From contig CAVQRT010000002.1 in assembly GCA_963715195.1 (NCBI GenBank), positions 192,001-256,000 of the forward strand: DNA of 64,000 nucleotides, read 5' to 3'. Positions 10,284 to 20,792 of this stretch are shown piece after piece. The translations under genes were made by a program, and so were the position numbers. Under the pieces are notes generated by a model. The model had not been told where the DNA came from. It made no database searches and saw only the letters and a list, made by a program, of their open reading frames with translations. The stretch is from Thermodesulfovibrionales bacterium. Lineage in GTDB: Bacteria; Nitrospirota; Thermodesulfovibrionia; Thermodesulfovibrionales; SM23-35. The first letter of the stretch is position 1. The number at the start of each line of letters is the position of its first letter.

Positions 10284-13200
10284 TCATCTGCACCATTTCC
10301 GCGCATTCTGGAACATCCTGAGCCAGGGCGATGCTGTGAGATTCTGTTTCCAGTCTCCCGGCATATATGCCCACTGCCATTTCAGAAATGTCCTCTCCGG
10401 ATGGGGCATCATGGCGAGGTGTCGTCCGTCAGGAGAGCAGAGCGCTGTCATGCCAGACGGGGAACCATTTGGATTGAAGGGATATACCTCAGTATATTCA
10501 TTATTGTCGTCTACAAAACGTACAGGCGCCAGTTCTCTGTGAAGCACCTCCTCCATGATATCACTGTCGGGGAAAATGAGCCTCCCCTCGCCATGTGCAA
10601 CCCAAACACCCAGTGTCGAGCCTTCCATTCCCTGGAGCATGATTGAAGGACTGCGCATTATGGAAACAGTTGAAAATCGTGATTCAAATCTTCCTGATCT
10701 GTTCCGGACAAACCTCGGCTGAATATGGTCGGGGATTCCTCTCCAGGGTATCCAGCCGAGAAGCGCCATGAGCTGACACCCGTTGCAAACCCCCAGACTA
10801 AATGTATCGGGTCTTTCATAGAAGTCCTGAAACTGTTCGAACAGCTTCTCATTGAACCGGATAACGCCTGCCCAGCCTTTTGCCGAATCAAGGACATCAG
10901 CGTAGCTGAACCCCCCGACAAAAGCCAGCCCCCTGAAATCGTTCAGGTTCGCAGCTCCGTCAAGCAGGTCCGTCATGGTAATATCCCATACCTCAAATCC
11001 TGCATGATAAAAGGCTGAGGCCATTTCACGGTCACCATTGCTGCCCTCTTCCCGTAAGATAGCCACTTTGGAGATCTTATTCTGTAATCCCCCCTGCCCC
11101 CCTGCCAAAAAGGGCGGCACGATGGAATTTTCCGGAATAAAAGTGAATTTATACTGAGGACCTTTTCTGTCAAAATTGACCCTTCTCTCCTCTTCAACAC
11201 AGTCGGGGTCCGCCTGGAGTCTGTCGAGCTGGTAGCTCGTCTCTTCCCAGACGGCCCTGAGTTTCTGCATGCTTTCTTTCAAAATTATTTGGTCATTCAC
11301 CTGAATGATGATTTGTTTCTCTGGCAAGGTCTTGCCGATTATCTGATAAGGGATATCGGCTTGTTTCAACATATCCGATATTCTTTGTTCCCGCTCCGGG
11401 AAATATTCGATGACAAACCCAAGTTCTTCAGAAAATAATACTGAGAGTTCCGGGTTCTGTGTTCTAAATTCCGAGTTTTTTCCCATCCCCCGACCGTTGC
11501 TCATGGTTGCTTCCAGGCCGCAGTTGCCTCCGAATGCCATTTCAAGGAGGGTTACAATCAGTCCGCCATCGCTTCTGTCGTGACCTGAAAGTATCAGGTC
11601 ATCTTCAATAAGTTGCTGGATAATGCGAAACGCTCTTTTCAGGAGTTGAGGGTCATCGACATCAGGGGCTTCGTCCCCGATCTGCCCGTACACATGGGCA
11701 AAAGCAGAACCTCCGGTCCTGTATTTTCCTCCGCCGAGATCGATATAGAGCAGCCGGCTTTCTCCCGGCCTTTTGATGTCCGGCGAAATAACCTTCGATA
11801 TATCAGGACAGGTAACGTATGCCGAAATGACGAGATTTCCGGGAGCCTTCACTATCTCGGGCTTATTCGACGTATCCACAACTTTGGCAGCCATGGACAG
11901 ACTGTCCTTACCGCCGTCCACTGCTATCCCGAGTTCGAGGAGGATATCCCTCAATGCAAGAGCTGCATCATAGAGTCTGGCGCCCTCACCCGGAAGCTTC
12001 GCTGCCCACATCCAGTTTGCGGAACATTTGATATCTTCGATTTCGCTCACCTTTGCCCAGACAATATTTGTAAGGGCTTCACCGACACTCATACGGGCCA
12101 TTGCCCCGGGGTTAATCAACCCTTTTATCGGCTGTTCACCGATCGAGATGGCAACGCCGGTCAGACAAAAATGGCTCTGGCCCACGACAGCAACATCCGA
12201 CAATGTTACCTGAAGCGGGCCAACGCATTGCTGCTGCACGATGAGACCGGTAACGGACCGGTCAACCTTATTCGTAAGGAATCGCTTGGAGCCGACTGAT
12301 ACGAGTCGCAATACTCTTCCCACAGCATCCAAAAGCGTAATGTTCTCCGGCAATTTCAACGGCTCAAGAACCGGTGGAATGCGCCCAAGGTTGAATGTCT
12401 TCTGCGGCATTGCACCAAGGACTTTTGAGAGGTCGAGATGAACCGGTGTAGTTCCGTCTGTCGCGTCATGAATCACAATATAACCGTCGCCGGTAATCTC
12501 CCCGATAATTGCACAGGGCACCTTCTCCCTTTTACAAAACGCAAGAAATTCACCTGTCCTGTCGGGCTGCAAAAGGAGTGCATCCTGCTCCTGGTACTCA
12601 GCACCCCAGATTTCGAGCACTGAAAGGGTGTGATCACCGAGCTGGATATTTCTGATCCCGATCTTTGCGCCGGCGGGATAAATGATTTCCTTGACTACGT
12701 TGCAGTTGCCGCCGGCCCCCTGGTCGTGTATGCTGACGATGGGATTCCGTTCACCCATTTCAACGCATGTCCTGATGACCCGGTTAACCTTCTGCTCCAT
12801 CTCCGCATCCCCGCGCTGAACAGCGCTGAAATCGAGCTCGGCTATGTTTTCGCCCTGTATCATGCTCGACGCGGCACCGCCACCGATGCCGATTCTGAAC
12901 GCAGGGCCGCCTATCTTCACCACATGCATGCCTTTTTCAGGCGGGCCTTTCTCAATATGACGGCTGTCTATCTGTCCAACACCGCCGGTAAACATGATGG
13001 GCTTCACCCATTCCCGTCGCTCGCCATCAGGCAGACGCAATCCGAACGACCGGGTAAAACCCTGGATGACCGGCTCACCGAATTTATTGCCGTAATCCGA
13101 GGCACCATTGCTTGCCTCGATTTCGATCTGCAATGGTGATGCAAGATTTAGCGGATAGGCAAAGAAAGGCTCTTCCCAAGGCAATGAATAGCCAGGGATA

Positions 13201-14324
13201 TGGAGGTTGCCGACACAATATGCGGCTGTACCGGCAATTACCAGGCTGCCCCTGCCGGTGGCATGAACATCCCGTATCCTTCCGCCGGTTCCTGTCTCCG
13301 CTCCGGGAAACGGAGCGACTCCCGTCGGGAAATTATGCGTCTCGGCAGTAAAAATGATGTGATACAGGGGATTTTCCTTCTGAAAGCGGCACGGGTTGCC
13401 GGGGAAATCCGGGAGAATGGTTTGCACAGGATATCCGCAGACAGCGCTCGAATTGTCTTTGAAAGCAATGACGCTGTTAACGGGATTGGACCGCAGCGGC
13501 TGCATAATGATATCCATGAGGGTATGGGGCATTTCCGCTCCATCTATGATGAGCCGCCCCTTAAAGAACCAGTGGCGTGAGTGCTCGCTGTTTGACTGCC
13601 CTAGATCAAAACACTCGACATTGGTCGGGTTCCTGCCGATTACATGCACGAACAGATTATAGTAATATTCGATATCCCATTTATCGAGGCCCAGCCCCAT
13701 TTCGGCATTCATCTTCTTCAGTGCATCTCTGCCGTTTTCGATCAAAGGAACAATCCTAACCGGTTCAGGCTTGATGCCTGTCTCGAACGTGGTAAGCGTC
13801 TCCGGATAGAGACACTCTGTCATGCGGTCGTGGATGAGAGAAAGGAATGATTCAAGGATTCGAGGATTCAAGGGTTCGGAAGATATACTTTCGTTCGCTT
13901 GGACCCTTCCCTTGAAAATTAATTTATATCTCCTTGATCGTTCAATCCGCATAATCTTGGTCAAACCGCATGCATGGCAGACCGAAACGGCATTCGTCGA
14001 CCAAGCCGTCATGAAGTTCATACGCGGACCCACCTCAACAATACAGTTATCGGCACCCTTTTTATGAAAAGGGGGCGAGGGGGAATTACTACCAATCAAA
14101 AAACTCCGGTCAGATAAATTCTCCGGTTCGAATGTCTCCGCAAGGAGCCATCGGAGCATCTTTCTTTCACCGTCCGAAAGCGGGGCTGTTGTCTCAATAT
14201 TGAAACAGAATTCGGTCTCGATATCCCCTATTTCAGGAAAAATGTTCTGCTTTGCGAGGAATACCAATGCATGCTTCTTTGCAGGTGGCAAGGCCGGCGT
14301 GCGATAGAGATGCAAGAGCTTCAT
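10284..14324 (-). CDS. purL: Phosphoribosylformylglycinamidine synthase, large single-chain form
   Basis: NSEHSRHWFF, AETHNFPT, HDQGAGG, fused glutaminase domain GVCNGCQ and MPHPER; start set at MKLLHLYR. Confidence 0.95.
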   Translation of the reverse strand: MKLLHLYRTPALPPAKKHALVFLAKQNIFPEIGDIETEFCFNIETTAPLSDGERKMLRWLLAETFEPENLSDRSFLIGSNSPSPPFHKKGADNCIVEVGPRMNFMTAWSTNAVSVCHACGLTKIMRIERSRRYKLIFKGRVQANESISSEPLNPRILESFLSLIHDRMTECLYPETLTTFETGIKPEPVRIVPLIENGRDALKKMNAEMGLGLDKWDIEYYYNLFVHVIGRNPTNVECFDLGQSNSEHSRHWFFKGRLIIDGAEMPHTLMDIIMQPLRSNPVNSVIAFKDNSSAVCGYPVQTILPDFPGNPCRFQKENPLYHIIFTAETHNFPTGVAPFPGAETGTGGRIRDVHATGRGSLVIAGTAAYCVGNLHIPGYSLPWEEPFFAYPLNLASPLQIEIEASNGASDYGNKFGEPVIQGFTRSFGLRLPDGERREWVKPIMFTGGVGQIDSRHIEKGPPEKGMHVVKIGGPAFRIGIGGGAASSMIQGENIAELDFSAVQRGDAEMEQKVNRVIRTCVEMGERNPIVSIHDQGAGGNCNVVKEIIYPAGAKIGIRNIQLGDHTLSVLEIWGAEYQEQDALLLQPDRTGEFLAFCKREKVPCAIIGEITGDGYIVIHDATDGTTPVHLDLSKVLGAMPQKTFNLGRIPPVLEPLKLPENITLLDAVGRVLRLVSVGSKRFLTNKVDRSVTGLIVQQQCVGPLQVTLSDVAVVGQSHFCLTGVAISIGEQPIKGLINPGAMARMSVGEALTNIVWAKVSEIEDIKCSANWMWAAKLPGEGARLYDAALALRDILLELGIAVDGGKDSLSMAAKVVDTSNKPEIVKAPGNLVISAYVTCPDISKVISPDIKRPGESRLLYIDLGGGKYRTGGSAFAHVYGQIGDEAPDVDDPQLLKRAFRIIQQLIEDDLILSGHDRSDGGLIVTLLEMAFGGNCGLEATMSNGRGMGKNSEFRTQNPELSVLFSEELGFVIEYFPEREQRISDMLKQADIPYQIIGKTLPEKQIIIQVNDQIILKESMQKLRAVWEETSYQLDRLQADPDCVEEERRVNFDRKGPQYKFTFIPENSIVPPFLAGGQGGLQNKISKVAILREEGSNGDREMASAFYHAGFEVWDITMTDLLDGAANLNDFRGLAFVGGFSYADVLDSAKGWAGVIRFNEKLFEQFQDFYERPDTFSLGVCNGCQLMALLGWIPWRGIPDHIQPRFVRNRSGRFESRFSTVSIMRSPSIMLQGMEGSTLGVWVAHGEGRLIFPDSDIMEEVLHRELAPVRFVDDNNEYTEVYPFNPNGSPSGMTALCSPDGRHLAMMPHPERTFLKWQWAYMPGDWKQNLTASPWLRMFQNARKWCR
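11086..11117. repeat. Palindromic CCCCC..AAAGGG repeat, in frame in purL
   Basis: AATCCCCCCTGCCCCCCTGCCAAAAAGGGCGG, reads PPFLAGGQGGL. Confidence 0.55.
11446..11480. repeat. Degenerate 7-mer tandem repeat, in frame in purL
   Basis: AGTTCCG GGTTCTG TGTTCTA AATTCCG AGTTTTT, reads KNSEFRTQNPEL. Confidence 0.6.
13849..13880. repeat. 8-mer tandem repeat, in frame in purL
   Basis: GATTCAAG GATTCGAG GATTCAAG GGTTCGGA, reads SEPLNPRILES. Confidence 0.75.
14056..14087. repeat. Palindromic CCCTTTT..AAAAGGG repeat, in frame in purL
   Basis: CCCTTTTTATGAAAAGGGGGCGAGGGGGAATT, reads NSPSPPFHKKG; inverted relative of 11086-11117. Confidence 0.6.
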
Positions 14325-14361
14325 CGGGGTTATTGTATCAAACATGCAGGGTTGTAATGCC

Positions 14362-15663
14362 TTATCGTTTTTGACCGAACACCCTTCCAAAGATATAGTC
14401 TACATTTTTCAGATAATATTTCAGGTCGAAGATATTCCCTATCTCCTTTGCAGTCAGATATCTTTTGATATCCGTATCCCGGGAGAGCAATTTCCTGAAC
14501 TGAGATTCTGTCTTCCAGCTCTTCATGGCATTCCGTTGCACAATATCATACGCATAATCCCTGCCGAGACCCTTGTCAATCAGCGCGAGCATAACCCGCT
14601 GGGAATTGAAAAGACCAAAGCTCCTGGCTATATTCTCCTTCATTCTCTTCGGATAGACGTGGAGTTTATCAAGGATCCCTTTGATCCGGTGCAGCATGTA
14701 ATCTGTGAGGATCGAGCTGTCGGGGATGATGACACGCTCGACCGAGGAATGGGATATATCACGTTCATGCCAGAGCGCGATATTCTCCAGAGCAGCCAGA
14801 GCGTTTGACCTTACAAGCCGTGCGAGGCCGGAAAGATTTTCACACCCGACCGGATTACGCTTGTGTGGCATGGCCGATGACCCTTTCTGTCCGGCCATAA
14901 ACGGTTCCTCAGCCTCGCGCACCTCTGTTCTCTGAAGGTGCCGTATTTCGAGAGCGATTTTTTCGACGGAAGCTGCTACGAGTGCAAGGGAGGAAAGATA
15001 TTCCGCATGTCTGTCCCTCTGGACTACCTGTGTGGCGACTGGTTCAGGCTTCAGCCCGAGTTTTTTGCAGACTTTTTCTTCAACAGCCGGAGGAACATTG
15101 GAGAAGGTGCCGACTGCTCCCGAAAGCTTTCCGATACTGACCGTTTCCCGTGCTTTTCTGACCCGTGAAAGATTTCTCTTCATATCCTCATACCAGAGAG
15201 CGAATTTGAGGCCGAATGTCATGGGCTCCGCATGGATTCCGTGACTTCGCCCGATGATCAGGGTTTCCTTGTATTTATATGCCTGTTTCTTCAGGACATC
15301 CATGAGTTCGATGATATCCTTTATGATCATATCTGCTGCCTCCCTCATGAGAAGCGCAAGGGCAGTGTCGAGGATATCTGAAGAGGTCAGTCCCTTGTGG
15401 ATAAATCTGGACTCGGGACCAAGGCTCTGTGCTACCGAGGTGAGAAATGCGATAACATCATGTTTCACGACCTTTTCTATCTCGTCAATTCTGTTGACAT
15501 TGAACGCCGCTTTTTTCCTGATTGCGCTGAGGGCGTCCCCCGGTATCTCCCCAAGTTCTGCCCATGCTTCGCATACCGCAATCTCGACATCAAGCCATTT
15601 GCGGTATTTCTGTTCAAGATCCCACAGCTTTCCCATCTCCGGACGCGTATACCGTGCTATCAT
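14362..15663 (-). CDS. purB: Adenylosuccinate lyase
   Basis: MIARY start with GGAGGGG RBS, GRSHGIHAEP, GSSAMPHKRNP, WHERDISHSSVER. Confidence 0.96.
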   Translation of the reverse strand: MIARYTRPEMGKLWDLEQKYRKWLDVEIAVCEAWAELGEIPGDALSAIRKKAAFNVNRIDEIEKVVKHDVIAFLTSVAQSLGPESRFIHKGLTSSDILDTALALLMREAADMIIKDIIELMDVLKKQAYKYKETLIIGRSHGIHAEPMTFGLKFALWYEDMKRNLSRVRKARETVSIGKLSGAVGTFSNVPPAVEEKVCKKLGLKPEPVATQVVQRDRHAEYLSSLALVAASVEKIALEIRHLQRTEVREAEEPFMAGQKGSSAMPHKRNPVGCENLSGLARLVRSNALAALENIALWHERDISHSSVERVIIPDSSILTDYMLHRIKGILDKLHVYPKRMKENIARSFGLFNSQRVMLALIDKGLGRDYAYDIVQRNAMKSWKTESQFRKLLSRDTDIKRYLTAKEIGNIFDLKYYLKNVDYIFGRVFGQKR

Positions 15664-15724
15664 GGCACCCCCTCCAATCATGAAACTCGAATCTTTGAAT
15701 GCATCATTGTACCACCCTATCCCC

Positions 15725-15754
15725 TTGCAAAAAAAGACATTTCTATGGTAATCT
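15725..15754 (+). promoter_or_regulatory. Candidate sigma-70 promoter of rpsB operon
   Basis: TTGCAA - 18 nt - TAATCT with TGn extension. Confidence 0.45.
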
Positions 15755-15765
15755 TTCCTTCCTGA

Positions 15766-15852
15766 AGGAAAAGCCGTAACCTCGCTTTGCGGGATACGTC
15801 TTTCTGTTACAAATAATTCGTACAGAAAAATCCCTGTAAGTTAAGGGATTTT
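15766..15852 (+). promoter_or_regulatory. Structured rpsB leader (possible S2 autoregulatory element)
   Basis: Hairpins CTCGC/GCGGG, TTTCTGT/ACAGAAA and AAAATCCCT/AGGGATTTT directly before the AGGAGGAG RBS. Confidence 0.45.
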
Positions 15853-15870
15853 GACAGGAGGAGAACAAAC

Positions 15871-16628
15871 ATGGTAGCTGCAATGAAGGAACTGCTTGAA
15901 GCAGGAGTGCATTTCGGACATCAGGTAAAACGGTGGCATCCGAAGATGAAGAAATACATCTTCGGGGAGCGCAACGGCATCTATATTATTGACCTTCAGA
16001 AGACGGTCAAGGGCCTCGAGGATGCATACCATTTTGTCAAAAATGTTGCGATTGCCGGAGCGCCGGTGCTGTTCGTCGGCACAAAGAAACAATCCCAGGA
16101 CTCCATTAAGGAAGAAGCCGAGCGGTCGGGTGCATTTTACATCAACCAGCGCTGGCTTGGCGGCATGATGACAAATTTTTCGACCATCAAGAAAAGCATA
16201 GAAAAGTTAAAAAAGATTGAGACCATGAAAGAGGATGGCACGTATGAACTGCTCCCCAAAAAAGAGGTTGCCGTCCTTGAAAAGGAAAGAAGTAAATTAG
16301 AAAAGAATCTCTCCGGCATCAAAAATATGAGCGCTCTTCCCGGAGCACTCTTCATTGTTGACCCCAAGAAAGAACGAATCGCCGTTGCCGAGGCACGGAA
16401 GATTTCCATACCCATTGTCGCGATCGTTGACACAAACTGTGATCCCGATGAGATTGATTATGTGATACCCGGAAATGACGATGCAATACGGGCAATAAAA
16501 CTGATAACCTCCAAAATTGCGGATGCCATCATGGAAGGCAAAGAAACCCTGTCCAAAGTTGCAGCTGAAGAGGCCGAGAAAACAGCCGTTGAGGAAAAAA
16601 TCCAGCAGGAAGAAGCAGGAGTGACTGA

Positions 16629-16632
<4 letters not shown>
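15871..16632 (+). CDS. rpsB: 30S ribosomal protein S2
   Basis: [33 protein letters not shown]. Confidence 0.98.
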
Positions 16633-18506
<1,874 letters not shown>

Positions 18507-18659
18507 ATGCTGAACACGAACTTTATTCTGAAAGTCACGGACGCAAAACTTTCCGATATCCGGAAGGCTTTGCAAGATGCAGGCATACAGGTCAGGAGCA
18601 TCATCGAAGTCTTCAGGGAAGAGATCACTATACCTCAGGAAGACAAGGAACCAAAGTAA
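18507..18659 (+). CDS. Small hypothetical protein (50 aa), not in ORF track
   Basis: MLNTNFILKVTDAKLSDIRKALQDAGIQVRSIIEVFREEITIPQEDKEPK; ATG abuts frr stop and TAATG overlaps the next start. Confidence 0.65.
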   Translation: MLNTNFILKVTDAKLSDIRKALQDAGIQVRSIIEVFREEITIPQEDKEPK

Positions 18660-19376
18660 TGGCGGATAAGAAACCTAAAAAGCAGACAGCAAAAAAAGTG
18701 CTGAAGAAAACCGTGAAGACGCCTGCCCGCAAATCTCCTCCCAGGACAAAACCGAAAGCAGTCCCAAAAAGAAAGGCCGTGAGCGGAAAACCCGCTTCTC
18801 AAAAATCTGTTCTGAAGAAGACCACAGGGAAAAAGAAGGCAAAGCAGGTTGCCCGCCAAAAAGCCGGGTCTCCCCGGCAGAAAACTGCAAAGAAGACTCC
18901 TGACCGCGAGAGCGGCAAAAATTCATCCCCGAAAAGCAGTATCCGCTGCAACCCGTAAGCACCGGGAAAGGCTAGCCCGGATGGCAGAAGAGGAGAGAAA
19001 GACTGCACTGAGAAGATCCCTCATCCAAAAAAGGGAAGAAATCGTGAGAGAAGTCAAGAATGGAATATCCAAATATATCAAGGGAGAAACACGGCAGCTT
19101 GTCGATACAGCTCTTGACGACGGTGATTGGTCGGTTGTCGACCTCTCAGAAGACATCAGTTTCAAGCACATGAGCACTCACCGCGAAAATCTCCTCAAGA
19201 TAGATGAAGCGCTCAGGAAGTTGAGTGAAGGAACCTATGGCTTCTGCGAGGATTGCGGAGAAGAAATAAGTAAGGCGCGATTAAATATTCTTCCCTTTGC
19301 CATTTTCTGCACAGACTGCCAGGAACGAAGAGAACAGCTCGAGGAAATCGAAAGAAGAGAAGGTTTCATCGGCTGA
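18659..19376 (+). CDS. TraR/DksA-family regulator with Lys-rich N-terminus (apparent +1 frameshift near 18900)
   Basis: DDGDWS coiled-coil tip, YGFCEDC..I...RL..LPFA..CTDC zinc finger in 18849-19376; Lys-rich ORF 18659-18958 overlaps in another frame. Could instead be two genes (second start ATG 18981). Confidence 0.75.
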
Positions 19377-19515
19377 TAACGACGTAAGGATCACGTTTAT
19401 TCATGTTTCTTGGCGTAGTGCGCAGGTCATCATTTCACGATATCTATTGCGTTCCCATCGAATTCCAAAAGTTACTATAATCTGTTTTATCCATGACAAC
19501 CGCTGTTTGAATATT

Positions 19516-19597
19516 TGTTATTATCCGGCTTGCCTGCCCGCTGTTCTTTGGGAGGTACCGGACAATCCATTTTCCCCTTCCGGATTACCCGATCAAG
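19516..19597. repeat. Truncated REP-like element
   Basis: TGTTATTATCCGGCTTG..ACCGGACAATCC..GGATTACCCGATCAAG matches 57427-57513 but lacks the last arm. Confidence 0.6.
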
Positions 19598-19652
19598 AAG
19601 GGGGCAGCTTGGTTGCCACGCGGCCTTTCTGCTAACGTTCTGAAAAGTTGTA

Positions 19653-19994
19653 TTACTTAACCTGTGGAGGCATTGAGCTATCCGGGCTACCGGGGCCGCC
19701 TCTCTTCCGCATATCATCACGGCGGTCTCTCTTCCCGGACTTATGCTTCATCCTGCATGCTCTTAATTCGTCTTGGTTCTTGGCCGACTGAACGCAGGTC
19801 TTTTCTCCCTGAAGGCTGTTTATCCGATCATCAAGCCTTTTGAGATGATCTGCTTTCCTCTGTTCAAAGTTGGCGCCGGCCCCCGTCGATGGCTGTGTCG
19901 TCCCTGCCGATGGTTGTGTCTCTTCCGCTGCGAATGCTGGTGCTGCCAGTGACAGTGACAGTAATGCTGCTACTGAAACTATTGCTCTTTTCAT
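19653..19994 (-). CDS. Small secreted/periplasmic helical protein
   Basis: GGAGGAG RBS, signal peptide MKRAIVSVAALLSLSLAAPAFA, C-x12-C pair, basic tail. Confidence 0.75.
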   Translation of the reverse strand: MKRAIVSVAALLSLSLAAPAFAAEETQPSAGTTQPSTGAGANFEQRKADHLKRLDDRINSLQGEKTCVQSAKNQDELRACRMKHKSGKRDRRDDMRKRGGPGSPDSSMPPQVK

Positions 19995-20242
19995 AACTCC
20001 TCCTGGATAGAGATTAATTTTACAATAATTAACACTACCAGAAAAATGTGAAAACATGAAGAAGAAAGTATGAAGACTGAATGAAGATTGATGAAATTGA
20101 ATACGAAAAGAAATATACATTTTAAGTAGAAATGCAGGGAGGAAAAAAACATAGTGATGTTGGGTAAAAAACCCCATCTCCTACTAGAGTAGGATTGATT
20201 TCTATTTTGATAGTGGGAATAGTAAATCAAAAGGAGGTTACT

Positions 20243-20755
20243 ATGTATGATGACAAAGTAGCAACAATTGGTGAAATTTCATACAACGAGGAAAAACTGA
20301 CCGATTTTGCAGAAAATGGGAATTTCTATAGAAAGGTTATCTTAGAATACACTGACGGTAGGTCTGTGACTGGCTATACCAATGATTTTTACCCTAATAT
20401 CTCTTTTTTCCATCTTCTCAAGCTTTCTGATGGATCAATAGATAAAGAAATGATGATCTATTTGGATGAACTCAAGAGAATCTTCTTCGAAGATAATATC
20501 AAGGAGGATACTTCTCCCTATAATCAACATCTTTCTGAAAACAAAGGAACTCCCCATGATAAATTAGAAATCGTATTTAAAGATGGAGAGATTCTTACGG
20601 GCACAATAACATACTACCGACCAAACAGCTTCGGTTTTTTCGTGTTGACAGATCAAAACAACGACCCAATGAGAGTTTTTGCGACATCTTCTGCGATAAG
20701 GGAAATACGATACGTAAATAACCTAATTCCAAAGCAAGTGAATTACAGCAATTAG
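20243..20755 (+). CDS. Conserved hypothetical, two tandem small beta domains (DUF6982-like)
   Basis: AGGAGG RBS; KV...Y.DG....GYT.DF.PN...FH and FKDGE.L.G....Y.P...GFF motifs shared with 32770-33198. Family name from recall. Confidence 0.7.
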   Translation: MYDDKVATIGEISYNEEKLTDFAENGNFYRKVILEYTDGRSVTGYTNDFYPNISFFHLLKLSDGSIDKEMMIYLDELKRIFFEDNIKEDTSPYNQHLSENKGTPHDKLEIVFKDGEILTGTITYYRPNSFGFFVLTDQNNDPMRVFATSSAIREIRYVNNLIPKQVNYSN

Positions 20756-20792
20756 TCAGTGATCTGAGCGATATGGATAGGAATAGCCTGCG

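Noticed and set aside
11613..12299. Long antisense ORFs (e.g. 11613-12299, 37719-38378, 44900-45580, 62226-62864)
   Set aside because: Shadow frames opposite well-supported genes with no motifs of their own.
19995..20242. c-di-GMP riboswitch in the signalling cluster leaders
   Set aside because: No convincing GEMM two-hairpin consensus found by eye; an Infernal search would be decisive.
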